The notes under the pieces are model-generated. The model did not search any database and was not told the origin of the DNA. It saw only the letters and a list, made by a program, of their open reading frames with translations. A stretch of DNA of 64,000 nucleotides from an uncultured Planctomycetota bacterium (GTDB taxonomy: Bacteria > Planctomycetota > Planctomycetia > Pirellulales > Lacipirellulaceae): assembly GCA_963719315.1 (NCBI GenBank), contig CAVRBU010000011.1:32001-96000 (forward strand), written 5' to 3'. Shown here piece by piece: positions 21,773 to 32,083 of this stretch. Position numbers and translations under genes: made by a program. Numbering within the stretch: the first letter of the stretch is position 1; every line of letters begins with the position of its first letter.

Positions 21773-22543
21773 TCAGCGTCTCTGTGCGAGACTTTCGCTC
21801 ACAGCTTCAACTACGCGGCACAGTTCGTCAATTCCCTGGTTGCGCGCGATTGATGTCTTCACAACGGGAGTCGTCGGCCCTTTTAAGTTCTGAAATTGAT
21901 GCGTAACATCCGCGATGGTCTGTTCAGCGCCGGACAAATCGGCTTTGTTCACGACCACAATGTCGGCGATTTCCAAAACCCCGGCCTTTTCCCATTGCAA
22001 TTCGTCGCCAGTCTGTGGTTGCAGCACGAGTATGACGATGTCGGCGAATGAGCGAACGGCAATATCGCCTTGGCCTGCCCCTACAGTTTCGACGAAGATT
22101 CGATCGAACGTGAACGCTTTCATGACATTCAGCATCGGCCCAATGTTTTTTGCGAGGCCTTGCTGTCCGGCGGGCGTGGAAAGACTGCGGATGAAGATCT
22201 GTTCCGACGCCGATGTGCCGGCGATGCGACAGCGGTCGCCGAGCAGTGCGCCGCCCGTCACGGGGCTTTCGGGATCGCAAGCCAGCACGCCAATTCGTTC
22301 GCTGCGACTAGCAAAATGCGCCACGAAAGCGCCGAGCAGGCTGCTCTTTCCCACGCCGCCGCCGCCAGTCAGCGCGACGACGGGCGCGGCGCATTTCGGA
22401 AGGGAAGCTAGCGCGGTCGCCAACGCTTCAATCTCTTGCCCCGACGCAGCCAGCGTCAGTAGCCGCGATAGCGCTGCGCGACTTCCGTCTTTGAGCTGAC
22501 TGACGAGCGTCGCGATGTCGCTGTTGTGATTGTTCGGCCGCAT
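21773..22543 (-). CDS. meaB: MeaB/ArgK-family GTPase (B12-mutase chaperone)
   Basis: TGGGGVGKSS, DP.SP.TGGALLGDR, FIRS, VETVGAGQ, KAG.LEIAD, VNKAD. Confidence 0.92.
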   Translation of the reverse strand: MRPNNHNSDIATLVSQLKDGSRAALSRLLTLAASGQEIEALATALASLPKCAAPVVALTGGGGVGKSSLLGAFVAHFASRSERIGVLACDPESPVTGGALLGDRCRIAGTSASEQIFIRSLSTPAGQQGLAKNIGPMLNVMKAFTFDRIFVETVGAGQGDIAVRSFADIVILVLQPQTGDELQWEKAGVLEIADIVVVNKADLSGAEQTIADVTHQFQNLKGPTTPVVKTSIARNQGIDELCRVVEAVSESLAQRR

Positions 22544-22568
22544 GACTGCGCATTAGATCATCAAGTTG

Positions 22569-22970
22569 CTACCGCTCGCGGCTCGATAGGAATTCAACGA
22601 TCGACTCGATCGACACGCCGGAACCAAAACATTCGGCCACGCCCATTTGCTTAAGTGTCGCCTGATCTGCCGGCGACATAATTCCGCCGACGATCACGCC
22701 GACTTGCGTCAGGCCTCGATCACGGAGGGCGGCGAGCACTTGCGGCACGAGCGTTATGTGGGCACCATTGAGGATGCTGATGCCGAGCCAATCCACGTCC
22801 TCGTCTTGTGCCGCTTGCGCCACCGATTCCACCTTCTGCCACAACCCGCTGTAGATCACGTGAAACCCGGCGTCGCGCAAACCGCGGGCGACGACTTTGA
22901 CGCCCCGATCGTGACCATCGAGGCCGACTTTGGCCAGGAGTACACGTTGCGGAATCGGTCGTTCATTCAT
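22569..22970 (-). CDS. Cobalamin-binding small subunit of an acyl-CoA mutase
   Basis: AKVGLDGHDRG (DxHxxG) and IVGGI motifs. Confidence 0.93.
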   Translation of the reverse strand: MNERPIPQRVLLAKVGLDGHDRGVKVVARGLRDAGFHVIYSGLWQKVESVAQAAQDEDVDWLGISILNGAHITLVPQVLAALRDRGLTQVGVIVGGIMSPADQATLKQMGVAECFGSGVSIESIVEFLSSRER

Positions 22971-22978
22971 AGCCAACC

Positions 22979-24571
22979 TCACCACGCGGCCGACGGTCGA
23001 AAGCGGCCCAGCACTTCGGCGAGCGCATCCATACATTCTTGCACAGTGACGCGCCTATCGGCGGCGTCCACTAACGCGTGCATGACGTTGTTACCCACTG
23101 CCGCAGTATTTTGCACACGGTCGAGCGCCGCCGAAACGCTGTCCTCGCTGCGGCTAGTTTTGATTTCACGGAGCGATTCGAGCTGCGCCGATTCAATCGT
23201 TGGGTCCACTTCCATGATCGGAATGGAGTCGTCTGCCGCCTGAGTAAACGCGTTTACGCCGACGATCAACTTTTCGCCCGCATCGATCGCCCGCTGTTGG
23301 GCGAAGGCGGCGTCGGCAATCTGGCGGCGAAAGTAGCCGTTCTCGATCGCGGCGATCATGCCGCCCTGCCCTTCGATGGCGCGGAAATAAGCCTGGGCTT
23401 CGTCCTTCATTCGTTGGGTGAGCGTTTCGATGAAGTAGCTTCCCCCCAGCGGGTCCACGGTGTTCGTCACACCCGTTTCGTAAGCCAACACTTGCTGCGT
23501 TCGCAAGGCGAGCGTCGCCGCATGTTCGCTAGGCAGGGCCAGCGTCTCATCCATTGAATTGGTGTGAAGTGACTGGCAGCCGCCCAACACGGCCGCGAGT
23601 GCTTGATAGGCGACACGCGTCAGATTCACTTGCGGCTGCGCGGCTTGCAAGGTGCAGCCGGCCGTTTGAGCGTGAAACCGCAGCTTCCACGAAGCGGCGG
23701 CCTTCGCCCCGTATTGGTCGCGCATTAATTCGGCCCACAGTGCGCGGGCGGCGCGGTATTTGGCCACCTCCTCGAACAGGTCGTTGTGCGCATTGAAGAA
23801 AAAACTTAGCCGCGGCGCGAATCGATCAACGTCCAAGCCGCGAGCCACGCATTGTTCGACGTAGTGCCGGCCATCCGCCAATGTAAACGCGAGTTCCTGA
23901 CCCGCGGTCGAGCCGGCTTCGCGAATGTGGTAGCCGCTCACACTGACCGTATTCCACTTCGGCACGTGCTCGGTGCAGAACTCGATCAGGTCGACCACCA
24001 ACCGCACCGAAGGCTCCGGCGGAAACACGACCTCGTTCTGGGCGTGAAACTCCTTCAAAATGTCGTTTTGAATCGTGCCCTGCAAACCCCGCCAATCGAT
24101 ACCGCGGGCACGGGCGGCCGCCAAGTAAAACGCCATCACGACGATGGCCGGCGCGTTGATCGTCATCGATACCGATACGCGACCCAAGTCGATTTCGTCG
24201 AACAGCGCGAGCATATCGTCGATCGTGTCGATTGCAACGCCCAGTCGGCCGACTTCACCTGCCGAGCGCGGGTCGTCGCTGTCGAGGCCCATCAGTGTTG
24301 GCAGGTCGAACGCAGTGCTCAGTCCTGTTTGCCCTTGCTCGAGCAGAAAGCGAAACCGCCGATTCGTATCTGCCGCTCGGCCGAATCCGGCGAACTGCCG
24401 CATCGTCCACAGCCGCTGGCGGTACATCGCCTCGTGGATGCCGCGCGTGAACGGAAACTGGCCCGGCCGGCCGAGGTCGCGATCCGCGTCGAGACCGCCG
24501 AGATCCGCGGCAGTGTAGAGGGCGTTGACAGGAACGCCGCTGACGGTCGTTTGTGACGATGGCTTGTTCAT
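22979..24571 (-). CDS. B12-dependent acyl-CoA mutase large subunit, isobutyryl-CoA-mutase-like specificity residues
   Basis: PFTRG, WTMRQFAGF, AFDLPTLMG, GTIQNDILKEFHAQ, SGYHIREAG, QSLHTN. Confidence 0.93.
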   Translation of the reverse strand: MNKPSSQTTVSGVPVNALYTAADLGGLDADRDLGRPGQFPFTRGIHEAMYRQRLWTMRQFAGFGRAADTNRRFRFLLEQGQTGLSTAFDLPTLMGLDSDDPRSAGEVGRLGVAIDTIDDMLALFDEIDLGRVSVSMTINAPAIVVMAFYLAAARARGIDWRGLQGTIQNDILKEFHAQNEVVFPPEPSVRLVVDLIEFCTEHVPKWNTVSVSGYHIREAGSTAGQELAFTLADGRHYVEQCVARGLDVDRFAPRLSFFFNAHNDLFEEVAKYRAARALWAELMRDQYGAKAAASWKLRFHAQTAGCTLQAAQPQVNLTRVAYQALAAVLGGCQSLHTNSMDETLALPSEHAATLALRTQQVLAYETGVTNTVDPLGGSYFIETLTQRMKDEAQAYFRAIEGQGGMIAAIENGYFRRQIADAAFAQQRAIDAGEKLIVGVNAFTQAADDSIPIMEVDPTIESAQLESLREIKTSRSEDSVSAALDRVQNTAAVGNNVMHALVDAADRRVTVQECMDALAEVLGRFRPSAAW

Positions 24572-24810
24572 GTCCGGCAATTGTGGGTGTGGCTGCAAGC
24601 GGCGCGTGCGGCCAATATCAAGTATCTCATTCTACGCAACAAGACGAGTTCCGAAGCGGGGACTACTTCATGGCGGCGCGGCGACTTCCGGAGCTTTTTC
24701 GCGAAATCGGCGCCATTCGTGTAACACCGGCGCTATGCGCCGTATTCGACAGAGTCGGCGTATCGCCCTTTCGTCGAACTCAAACCCCTTCCTAAAAGCA
24801 GGAACAAATC

Positions 24811-25557
24811 ATGGACTTCATCGTTCAATTCAAGGACATCGTCAAACGCTATGGCGAGTTTGAGGCCGTGCGCGGTCTTTCGCTGAACATTCCCGCGGGC
24901 GGGATTTTTGCCTTACTGGGACCCAATGGCGCCGGCAAAACCACGCTCATCAAGATGCTCATGGGCATGCTCCGAGCCACGAGCGGCGAGCTTATGGTGG
25001 GCGGATTGTGCGCATTTGACCAAGGTGTGGAAGTCAAGCGACTCGTCGGCTATTTGCCCGACGAGCCGGTGTTCTACGACTTCATGCGTGGCCGCGACAT
25101 CATTCGATTCGTCGGCGAGATGCACGGCCTCGATGGCGCGACGATCGCAGCCCGCAGCGCCACGCTGGCCGAGCGGTTGTCGCTGGCCGACGCCATGGAA
25201 GAGTTTGCCGAGAATTATTCGCGCGGTATGAAGAAAAAGCTGGGCCTGATGTGCGCCTTGCTGCACGAGCCAGCCCTGGTTGTACTCGATGAGCCGACGA
25301 ACGGGCTCGACCCGCACGGAACGATGGTGCTGCATGACTTGATGCGGGACATCGTCGAGGCAGGGCGGACGGTTTTATTCTCGACGCACTTGTTGGACCA
25401 GGCCGAGCGGCTCTGCAATCGTGTGGCCGTCATCAATCACGGACAACTGGCCGCCGAAGGCACGCTAGCCGAGCTGCAAAGCCGGTTCGGCGCGAGCGAA
25501 AGCTTGGAGTCCCTGTTCTTTCGTCTTACCGAACCAGCCACCGAAAACGCGGCCTAG
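24811..25557 (+). CDS. ABC-2 type transporter ATP-binding protein
   Basis: GPNGAGKTT, YSRGM, LDEPTNGLDP, STH. Confidence 0.95.
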   Translation: MDFIVQFKDIVKRYGEFEAVRGLSLNIPAGGIFALLGPNGAGKTTLIKMLMGMLRATSGELMVGGLCAFDQGVEVKRLVGYLPDEPVFYDFMRGRDIIRFVGEMHGLDGATIAARSATLAERLSLADAMEEFAENYSRGMKKKLGLMCALLHEPALVVLDEPTNGLDPHGTMVLHDLMRDIVEAGRTVLFSTHLLDQAERLCNRVAVINHGQLAAEGTLAELQSRFGASESLESLFFRLTEPATENAA

Positions 25558-25591
25558 CACAGCGAAGCCGTTTTTGCGAGGAACCCCAACC

Positions 25592-28144
25592 GTGACCCAG
25601 AAATCAACACTCTCGACCTTCATACTGTTCGGACGCACTTCTTTGCGGCGATTGATCAATCGCAGTGCGGCAATGAAGTTTTCAATCTTGAAGAAGAAAT
25701 CGCCGGACTCGAGTGATGTGCCCGTGCGAACGGCCACGCGGCACCGGTCCGATCGGACGTCGCTCCTGCGGCGGCTAGCCGGGATGTGGTTGCCGATCAT
25801 GGCGCTGGTGGGCATGGTGGGCTTAAGTTTCAACTCGATGTTCGTCATCTTGGGTTCGGTGAGCTTGGAGGAATCGCGCGCGGCCGCAGTCTTGCATATT
25901 TCGCCAGATAGTTATGCACAGCTCAAGAAAGCGGTGTCGGTTGCCGGCAAGGACGGGCAGGCGACTGCCTTCGATGAGGCATTGAACTCAGCTTTTTCCA
26001 GTACGGCAGCTTGGCAAACGAGCGTAGGTGTGCAGCTTGCCAAAGGGCGGTTCGACGAAAAAGGACTGGCCGCCTTCGCCCCGCAGGCCGCAGATTCGCG
26101 GTGGAGCGGCACGCTGGCTTACTTGTCGCCGGAGGGGCGCATTCGAGGAATGCAGGCGGTGGGCATTTACGTGGCCTTTGTCAACCTCGCCATGTGCTGT
26201 GTCGCCTTTGGCTTGATGAGCAAAAACCTATCGGGCGTCGATCTAACATTGATGTGGCTTTGGCAGTTTCCCGTATCGCGCGGTGTGCTATTCTCGTCCA
26301 AGCTGATCGAGTGCGTGTTCGATACACCGACGGTGGCGGTGGTTGCGCTCTTCTATGCGGTCGCGGTCTGGATCTGCGGCGCGTCGTTCTTCGCGGGGCT
26401 AGGCGTTGGCGCTTTGCTCGGCATATCGGCCGGGTTGACCGCGGCCGCTCTGCGGCTGGGGGCGGAAACGTTCATGACTCAGCGGCTTGGCCGTCGGACC
26501 CGCGGCGCGATCGTCGCCGGCTTGGCGGCGGTCGGCAGCACCTCGATGCTCCTCGCCATGATCGGCAGCAATTCCCAATTCGTCGTCGAGTCATTCATCA
26601 AGCTGGCAAACGCCCTGCCGGCGGCGTGCTCTTGGAACCCGTTCTCCGCCGGCATCGGCAGCGCGTCGATGCTCAATCAAGATTCGGCCTGGTGGCTAGC
26701 CGCTCCGGCCATGGCTGCGACGCTCGCCGCACTAGCCGTGCTATTCGCTGTGCGACTGACGGCCGGCGGCTTGTACTGTGCACAGGATTCGGTGCGTGGC
26801 AGCAAGCCATCGACGACCGGTGCTGAGTCGCGACGGACTCACTTGAGCACGGTCGCATGGAAAGAGTTGCTGCAAATGCGCCGCCAGCCAGAAGTCTTAG
26901 GGCAGGTGCTCGCCACGCCAATCGGAATCGGTTTGCTGCTTTACATCTCCGGCTATGGAAACGTCTTAAGTCTGGCGACCAAAGGGGGCGCGAACATTTC
27001 GGTGGCGATTCTGGCCGGCGTCTCGTACATGCTGATGATCGCCGCGTCGCAAATGCTGTCGAGCGAATTCAAAACGCTGTGGTTGATGCAATGTCAACCA
27101 CGACCGCTGGCCGACGTGGTTCGAAGCAAAGCCCGCGTCTGGGCCGCGATCGCCCTCTCGATGAGCGTGCCGTTCATCGGTGGCGCGATTGCTTTGCTGC
27201 CGAGTGAAGCGGCGTCGATCCTCGTTCGCGTTCCATTTCTGCTTGCCGCATTGTGGCTGCTCTCGGAGCTGGTGTTTGGACTGACTGCACTCGCCGCGAG
27301 TGTTACCAACGAGCAAACGGTCCGCTTTCGCCGCGGCGCCCTGCTGCCGGCGCTGGTGGTGAGCGACTTGTCGCTGGCAATTTACAGCCAGAACTGGTGG
27401 CAGCAATTGGGGGCGCTGGCGACGCTGGCAATTCTGAACGCGGCGGTCCGCGCACGGCAACTTGACGAACTCGAGTGGCTCAGCGAACCGGTCGAGACGC
27501 CACCGAAAAAGCTCTATCCGATGCATGCCGTGTTGACAATCGTGGGCTTCCGGGCCTTGCAGGTCGCCATTACCGGGGCATTCATCGGACGGACCGACTT
27601 AAGCGCGTCGGCGATTGTGGCCATTTCGTACTGCGTCGCCGCGATCGTCGTGAGCTCGATCTGCTGGACGTGGATGTCGCAAAATCGCTTGACCATGCCC
27701 AAGCTGGCGCGGGGCCCGGCGTTGCGTCCGATTTGCCTGGGACTGCTGACTACCTGCACGATTGGATTCGCGGTGACGATGTGCTTCCGTTGGTGGAATA
27801 TCGACTCTCGGCTGCCGGCGTATGCAATCAATGGTGTGCTCCAGAGCGCAGCGTACGACAAGTGGTGCCTCTTCGGGCTGTGGGTCGTGGCCGCTCCGCT
27901 CTTCGAGGAATGGATCATCCGCGGCTTGTTGTACAAAAGTCTGCGTCGCAATTGGGGCATCGGCCTGAGCGTGGCACTCTCAGCCATCCTCTTTGCCACG
28001 CTCCATCCGGCGGGCGGCTGCATCGCACTGCTAACGCTCGGTACGATGACCGCCCTGGCCGTGGAAAAGACAGGCCGCCTGTGGCCGTCGATTACAATCC
28101 ACGCCGGCTACAATTTCATGATCTGGATCCTGTGGACAACGTGA
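25592..28144 (+). CDS. Large ABC permease-like membrane protein fused to a C-terminal CPBP (CAAX/Abi) intramembrane metalloprotease
   Basis: Many TM segments; APLFEEWIIRG, FATLH and HAGYN CPBP motifs; follows the ABC ATPase. Confidence 0.85.
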   Translation: MTQKSTLSTFILFGRTSLRRLINRSAAMKFSILKKKSPDSSDVPVRTATRHRSDRTSLLRRLAGMWLPIMALVGMVGLSFNSMFVILGSVSLEESRAAAVLHISPDSYAQLKKAVSVAGKDGQATAFDEALNSAFSSTAAWQTSVGVQLAKGRFDEKGLAAFAPQAADSRWSGTLAYLSPEGRIRGMQAVGIYVAFVNLAMCCVAFGLMSKNLSGVDLTLMWLWQFPVSRGVLFSSKLIECVFDTPTVAVVALFYAVAVWICGASFFAGLGVGALLGISAGLTAAALRLGAETFMTQRLGRRTRGAIVAGLAAVGSTSMLLAMIGSNSQFVVESFIKLANALPAACSWNPFSAGIGSASMLNQDSAWWLAAPAMAATLAALAVLFAVRLTAGGLYCAQDSVRGSKPSTTGAESRRTHLSTVAWKELLQMRRQPEVLGQVLATPIGIGLLLYISGYGNVLSLATKGGANISVAILAGVSYMLMIAASQMLSSEFKTLWLMQCQPRPLADVVRSKARVWAAIALSMSVPFIGGAIALLPSEAASILVRVPFLLAALWLLSELVFGLTALAASVTNEQTVRFRRGALLPALVVSDLSLAIYSQNWWQQLGALATLAILNAAVRARQLDELEWLSEPVETPPKKLYPMHAVLTIVGFRALQVAITGAFIGRTDLSASAIVAISYCVAAIVVSSICWTWMSQNRLTMPKLARGPALRPICLGLLTTCTIGFAVTMCFRWWNIDSRLPAYAINGVLQSAAYDKWCLFGLWVVAAPLFEEWIIRGLLYKSLRRNWGIGLSVALSAILFATLHPAGGCIALLTLGTMTALAVEKTGRLWPSITIHAGYNFMIWILWTT

Positions 28145-28315
28145 GATGCGCGAGAGAAATAATGGGGCCGAACGGCTCATAGAAAACATCTGTGGGAAGC
28201 TCTTGGAGGCCGATGTCGTGTTCCATTTTTCGACGTAAATCGGCGTCCGAGTCGCCCTCCCACAAATAGGGATGGATGTTTCTTAACTCGACCAATGCGC
28301 CATCCGTCTATTTCT

Positions 28316-28420
28316 CAGTAACAGGAGTTCCAAGTTCAGACAAAGAAGAGCGGGAACACTTATCTTCGCTAATTTCCGCTGATTCGGAATTAGCGGAGAT
28401 TAGTGAGAATTAGCGTTCCT
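28316..28420 (+). repeat. About 105-bp repeat with a nonamer palindrome (copy 1)
   Basis: Reverse complement of 29375..29478 with few mismatches. Confidence 0.85.
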
Positions 28421-29060
28421 ACTTTTCTTCCCCTCCTTTCTCACATGGTGAGTTTTGCGCCAGGGCATCGCGCAATGGAAGTTGCAAGTCGTTGGGGGGC
28501 AAGGGAGTACGATTGTGCGAACGCATGAATATTTTTTTTCAAGTGCAAAACTCCTCCTTTTTGCGCGGCGCTCGGGCGGCGAACTGCTGGAAATCTAGTA
28601 GTTCGAGCGTGCGAGTGCCGTGCAAAAGTGGGCGAGTTAGCTCTCTAAACAGCCGTTTTCTGGCACGATTTAGCGGTTCGCCAGAGCGGTCGAGCCTTGA
28701 AAATGTGGCGATTCTCGCGGCGTTTTGAGCTGTTCCGGCTCTTCGGCCAACTCTGGGCAAAAAGGCGCGAGCGGGCGGCAGACTATTCTTGCCGCCGATG
28801 AACGCAGATGCGCGCGAATTCCAACGCGCGGCAAGGGTGCTGCGCGCGTTTCAGGCACAGCCTGAGCTACCTGGGAAAAGTCGCTATGCTTGATTGTCAA
28901 AGAGCGATGGCTGGGGTACAGCGTGGTAGGCAGCGTAGCACACTTGTATACGGAGTTCCACACTTATTTTTGGCCAGATGCAGCGTGTCGTTTTCCTTTA
29001 GGATCGGACGACAGGACCGCGTCGATCATTGCAAACCACAAATCTACAATGGTTTCGGAG

Positions 29061-29134
29061 AGCGCACCGGCAGGACTCGAACCTGCAACCCCTGGTTCCG
29101 AAGACCAGTGCTCTATCCATTGAGCTACGGACGC
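29061..29134 (-). tRNA. tRNA-Arg (anticodon UCG), imperfect acceptor stem, no encoded CCA
   Basis: Minus strand GCGTCCG TA GCTC AATGGATA GAGC A CTGGT CT TCG GA ACCAG ... GCAGG TTCGAGT CCTGC CGGTGCGC. Confidence 0.85.
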
Positions 29135-29374
29135 GGAGAAATGTTTTGTAACGAGTTTCTTCGATCCTTTTTCTCGCCGGGCTCGCGCTTACACCCGCTG
29201 TACTAGTTGGATGTAAAAAACAAAGTGAAAACCGCCAAGAGCGTCAAATATTCAATTATTGCAATTAATGCGCGCGAAGCTGTCGGAACGGCCACTCGCA
29301 GACAAACTGCTTGCCAAGTTGTATTCTCACCCAGTACTTCCAAGTTTTGAGACTGCCGAGGAAATGAATGACTG

Positions 29375-29478
29375 AGGAACGCTAATTCTCACTAATTTCC
29401 GCTAATTCCGAATCAGTGGAAATTAGTGAAGATTAGTGTTCCCGGCCTCTTTGTCTGAACTTGGAACTACTGTCACTG
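29375..29478 (-). repeat. About 105-bp repeat (copy 2, inverted)
   Basis: Inverted copy of 28316..28420. Confidence 0.85.
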
Positions 29479-29965
29479 CATTACTTGGCGATCTTGGCGG
29501 TTCCTTTTTCAGTTTGAGGCATAAAGGAAGTATTCGCTGCCGCCGAAAAGGGCGACGATGCTGGGATAGGCTTTAATTCTACTGGGCGTCAGCCCCGCCG
29601 CAAGCAGCCGAGCAAAGGCTTCCGCCTCGGCATTCACACGCACACCAGTGATTGGATACGCAAGGTACGCGAGCCGGACGATTTCATTGGCAGCAGCGGG
29701 CGTCCGTCCAGCGATGAACCCGGCGCGACCCCGGCTAGACGCCGGTTGTATCCGCCGCCAAGGCCATCGCCGTCCCTTTTCTCATCTGACTGCTTCTGTC
29801 ACGCAGACGCTATACTGCGGCTATGTCGTTTTGGTTCTACGGCAAAAAGCGAGGCGGTCGCCAAAGCTTGTATTCGGTGAGTGTACCGATCTTTATCTTT
29901 CCAGTACTTATCGGGGTGGTTGTAGCCGCTGTCATTACCTTAATCCGTGGCTGTTCAGGCGGCTG

Positions 29966-30304
29966 ATGCTCCGCTTCTTTCGCTACCTGCGAATCGCGTT
30001 CTCTGCAACGTGTGGTATCGCATGCCTGCTGCTAATTTAATTGTGGATGAGGAGCTGCACTTGGTGTGACCTGATACAGTTCGACCTACACTGGTACGGG
30101 TATTTGGTTTCTTCCCGCGGCGAGTTGCGTTGCGAAATAGACCGCCCAAAACCTTATCAAACAGAAATACAATTTTGGACTGGGTCTTGCTGCGCCGGAC
30201 GGTCCTCGTCTTTCGATATAGAAGCTAATTTTCCTAAAGCACTAACTTACCAGTGCCCACGTACTGAATCGGAACCGACCGCGAGCAACCAACTTGCAGA
30301 TTGA
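29966..30304 (+). pseudogene. Remnant of a small planctomycete membrane protein with an in-frame TAA at 30038-30040
   Basis: MLRFFRYLRIAFSATCGIACLLLI*LWMRS reads through in frame and resembles a recurrent N-terminus recalled from this lineage. Confidence 0.5.
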
Positions 30305-30317
30305 AGGCGGTGAACGC

Positions 30318-30737
30318 ATGCAAATTGACGAACGATGGGATCGACTCAGTGACGAGGATTGGTCGAACTTTGCACGCGATTGGGTTCAGCAGTTGCGCCA
30401 TGGTTGGCAGGAGGGTGATCGCGACTGGGATGAATCCGTCACGATGATGAACTTCACTGCCCGACCAGAACAACAATGGAAGTTTATTATTGCAGCTGTC
30501 GGTCACGCCCAATCAGATGATGAATTAGGACTCATTTCGGCGGGACCGATTGAACATCTATTGGGTTGGCATGGAGAGCAGTACATCGCGAAAATCGAAT
30601 CTCAAGCGGCCACCGACTCTAAATTTGCTAAGGCCGTGACTGGAGTTAGGAAGTACCGAATGGCTGACGAGATTTGGGACCGCGTGCAAGTGATTCAGCA
30701 GCTAGCCGAGCCTCTAAAATTATCGGGGAACGCCTAG
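30318..30737 (+). CDS. DUF6869-like hypothetical protein
   Basis: LGLISAGPIEHLL..HG...I..IE..A..D..F pattern. Confidence 0.65.
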   Translation: MQIDERWDRLSDEDWSNFARDWVQQLRHGWQEGDRDWDESVTMMNFTARPEQQWKFIIAAVGHAQSDDELGLISAGPIEHLLGWHGEQYIAKIESQAATDSKFAKAVTGVRKYRMADEIWDRVQVIQQLAEPLKLSGNA

Positions 30738-31082
30738 CAATTCGCCACAGTTGACCCGCCAGCAAAGTGACGGCGTTGCCGCTAAGTAGTCGATAGCCGA
30801 GCGACCGGACACCTTCTCCCCTATCCTATTGAATCTTCCGCCCACTCTCGACTCGCGTTGCGCGTGGCCCTACGTGGCGGAGCGTACGCAAAATCGCATA
30901 GTTTGCAAAATCGGGGAGCTACACCTCCCGCTGCTTAGAGTCTTCCCATCGCGCTCCCCGCGTTCGATCGGGCGTATCTACGCCAGCATCGCGTTCTATT
31001 GATAACTACGCCGCGAAAGAGACTATATGGGAGGCCTCTCCGAGGCCGCTGCCGGCAGCGGTTCGCACCGGGCGGTGTTGGC

Positions 31083-32057
31083 TCAGTCCACGCCACTACG
31101 CATCATTTTCGGAAACGTGAGTGCCATGCCGGTGACGAACATGAGCGCTCCAAAATACGCTGGGGCCAAATGGGTCAGGCTCAAATAGCCGATCGGGAAA
31201 TGGACGCCGATGGCCGTGCCGAAGCCGGCGACGCCCGTAATGGCGAGCGCTTGCCATAAGCTGCGTGTGGGGGGACTGCAGTAGATGCAAAGAAACATCG
31301 TGAGGCCGCAGCAGCAAACGCCGCCGCCGAAGCCGGCGCGGTCGTGCGCGATCAAAGGGATGAGCCGCGGGTTCACGGATTGTAAATCCGCTGGAACGAT
31401 GTGCATGAAATCCAAGTCCTGCGGAACGAACACGCTGGTCATGCCGACCGTCATGATGATCACGCCGCCCAGGACGAGGCAAGCGGATATGAACATCAGC
31501 AGTAATCGGCCGACGCCGAATGCAGTTCGTAAGTTGGTCGACGAACCGGGGCGAAGCAATTCACGAGCCGACGGCAGCGGGCGGATCAATCCGCGAGATT
31601 TGTACAGCCCTCCCGCGAATACCGGCAACAGCACGAGTGTAGCGCTGCCATGCCACGTATCGAGATAACCGTAACCGAGATACGCCAGAAAACTGGCAAA
31701 CCCGATCGCGCCGCTGGAGAGCAGCGTCCACCAGGCCCACGGCTGATGGGCTTGAAGTGGAAACTCCGCCAACCACAGGTAAAGCGTGCCGACGCCCAGA
31801 ATGGCGCCGCCGAACGAAACGCGATCGTGCATCATGAAATGCACGAGGCGCCCGCCGGCGATCGAGTGCAGTTGATCGGCATTCATGCCAAGAAAGGCAA
31901 TGTCGTGCGGCAGGAAATGCCCCGTTGCCGCAAGGAAAAATGCGAATAGGCCGGAACCAATGAGCGCAATGCCGGTCAATTTCAAGAGCGGGCGGCCGTC
32001 GTCGATGAGCGCTGAAAAGAATCCACGGTTGGAATTCGCTGTTTGATTCATTGCCAA
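31083..32057 (-). CDS. Multi-pass membrane protein with an internal duplication (two HDR-x-x-FGG motifs)
   Basis: FLPHDIAFL..HDRVSFGG and FVPQDLDFM..HDRAGFGG; hydrophobic throughout. Confidence 0.75.
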   Translation of the reverse strand: MAMNQTANSNRGFFSALIDDGRPLLKLTGIALIGSGLFAFFLAATGHFLPHDIAFLGMNADQLHSIAGGRLVHFMMHDRVSFGGAILGVGTLYLWLAEFPLQAHQPWAWWTLLSSGAIGFASFLAYLGYGYLDTWHGSATLVLLPVFAGGLYKSRGLIRPLPSARELLRPGSSTNLRTAFGVGRLLLMFISACLVLGGVIIMTVGMTSVFVPQDLDFMHIVPADLQSVNPRLIPLIAHDRAGFGGGVCCCGLTMFLCIYCSPPTRSLWQALAITGVAGFGTAIGVHFPIGYLSLTHLAPAYFGALMFVTGMALTFPKMMRSGVD

Positions 32058-32083
32058 TCGCCGACGTTAAATTCTCGTATGCG

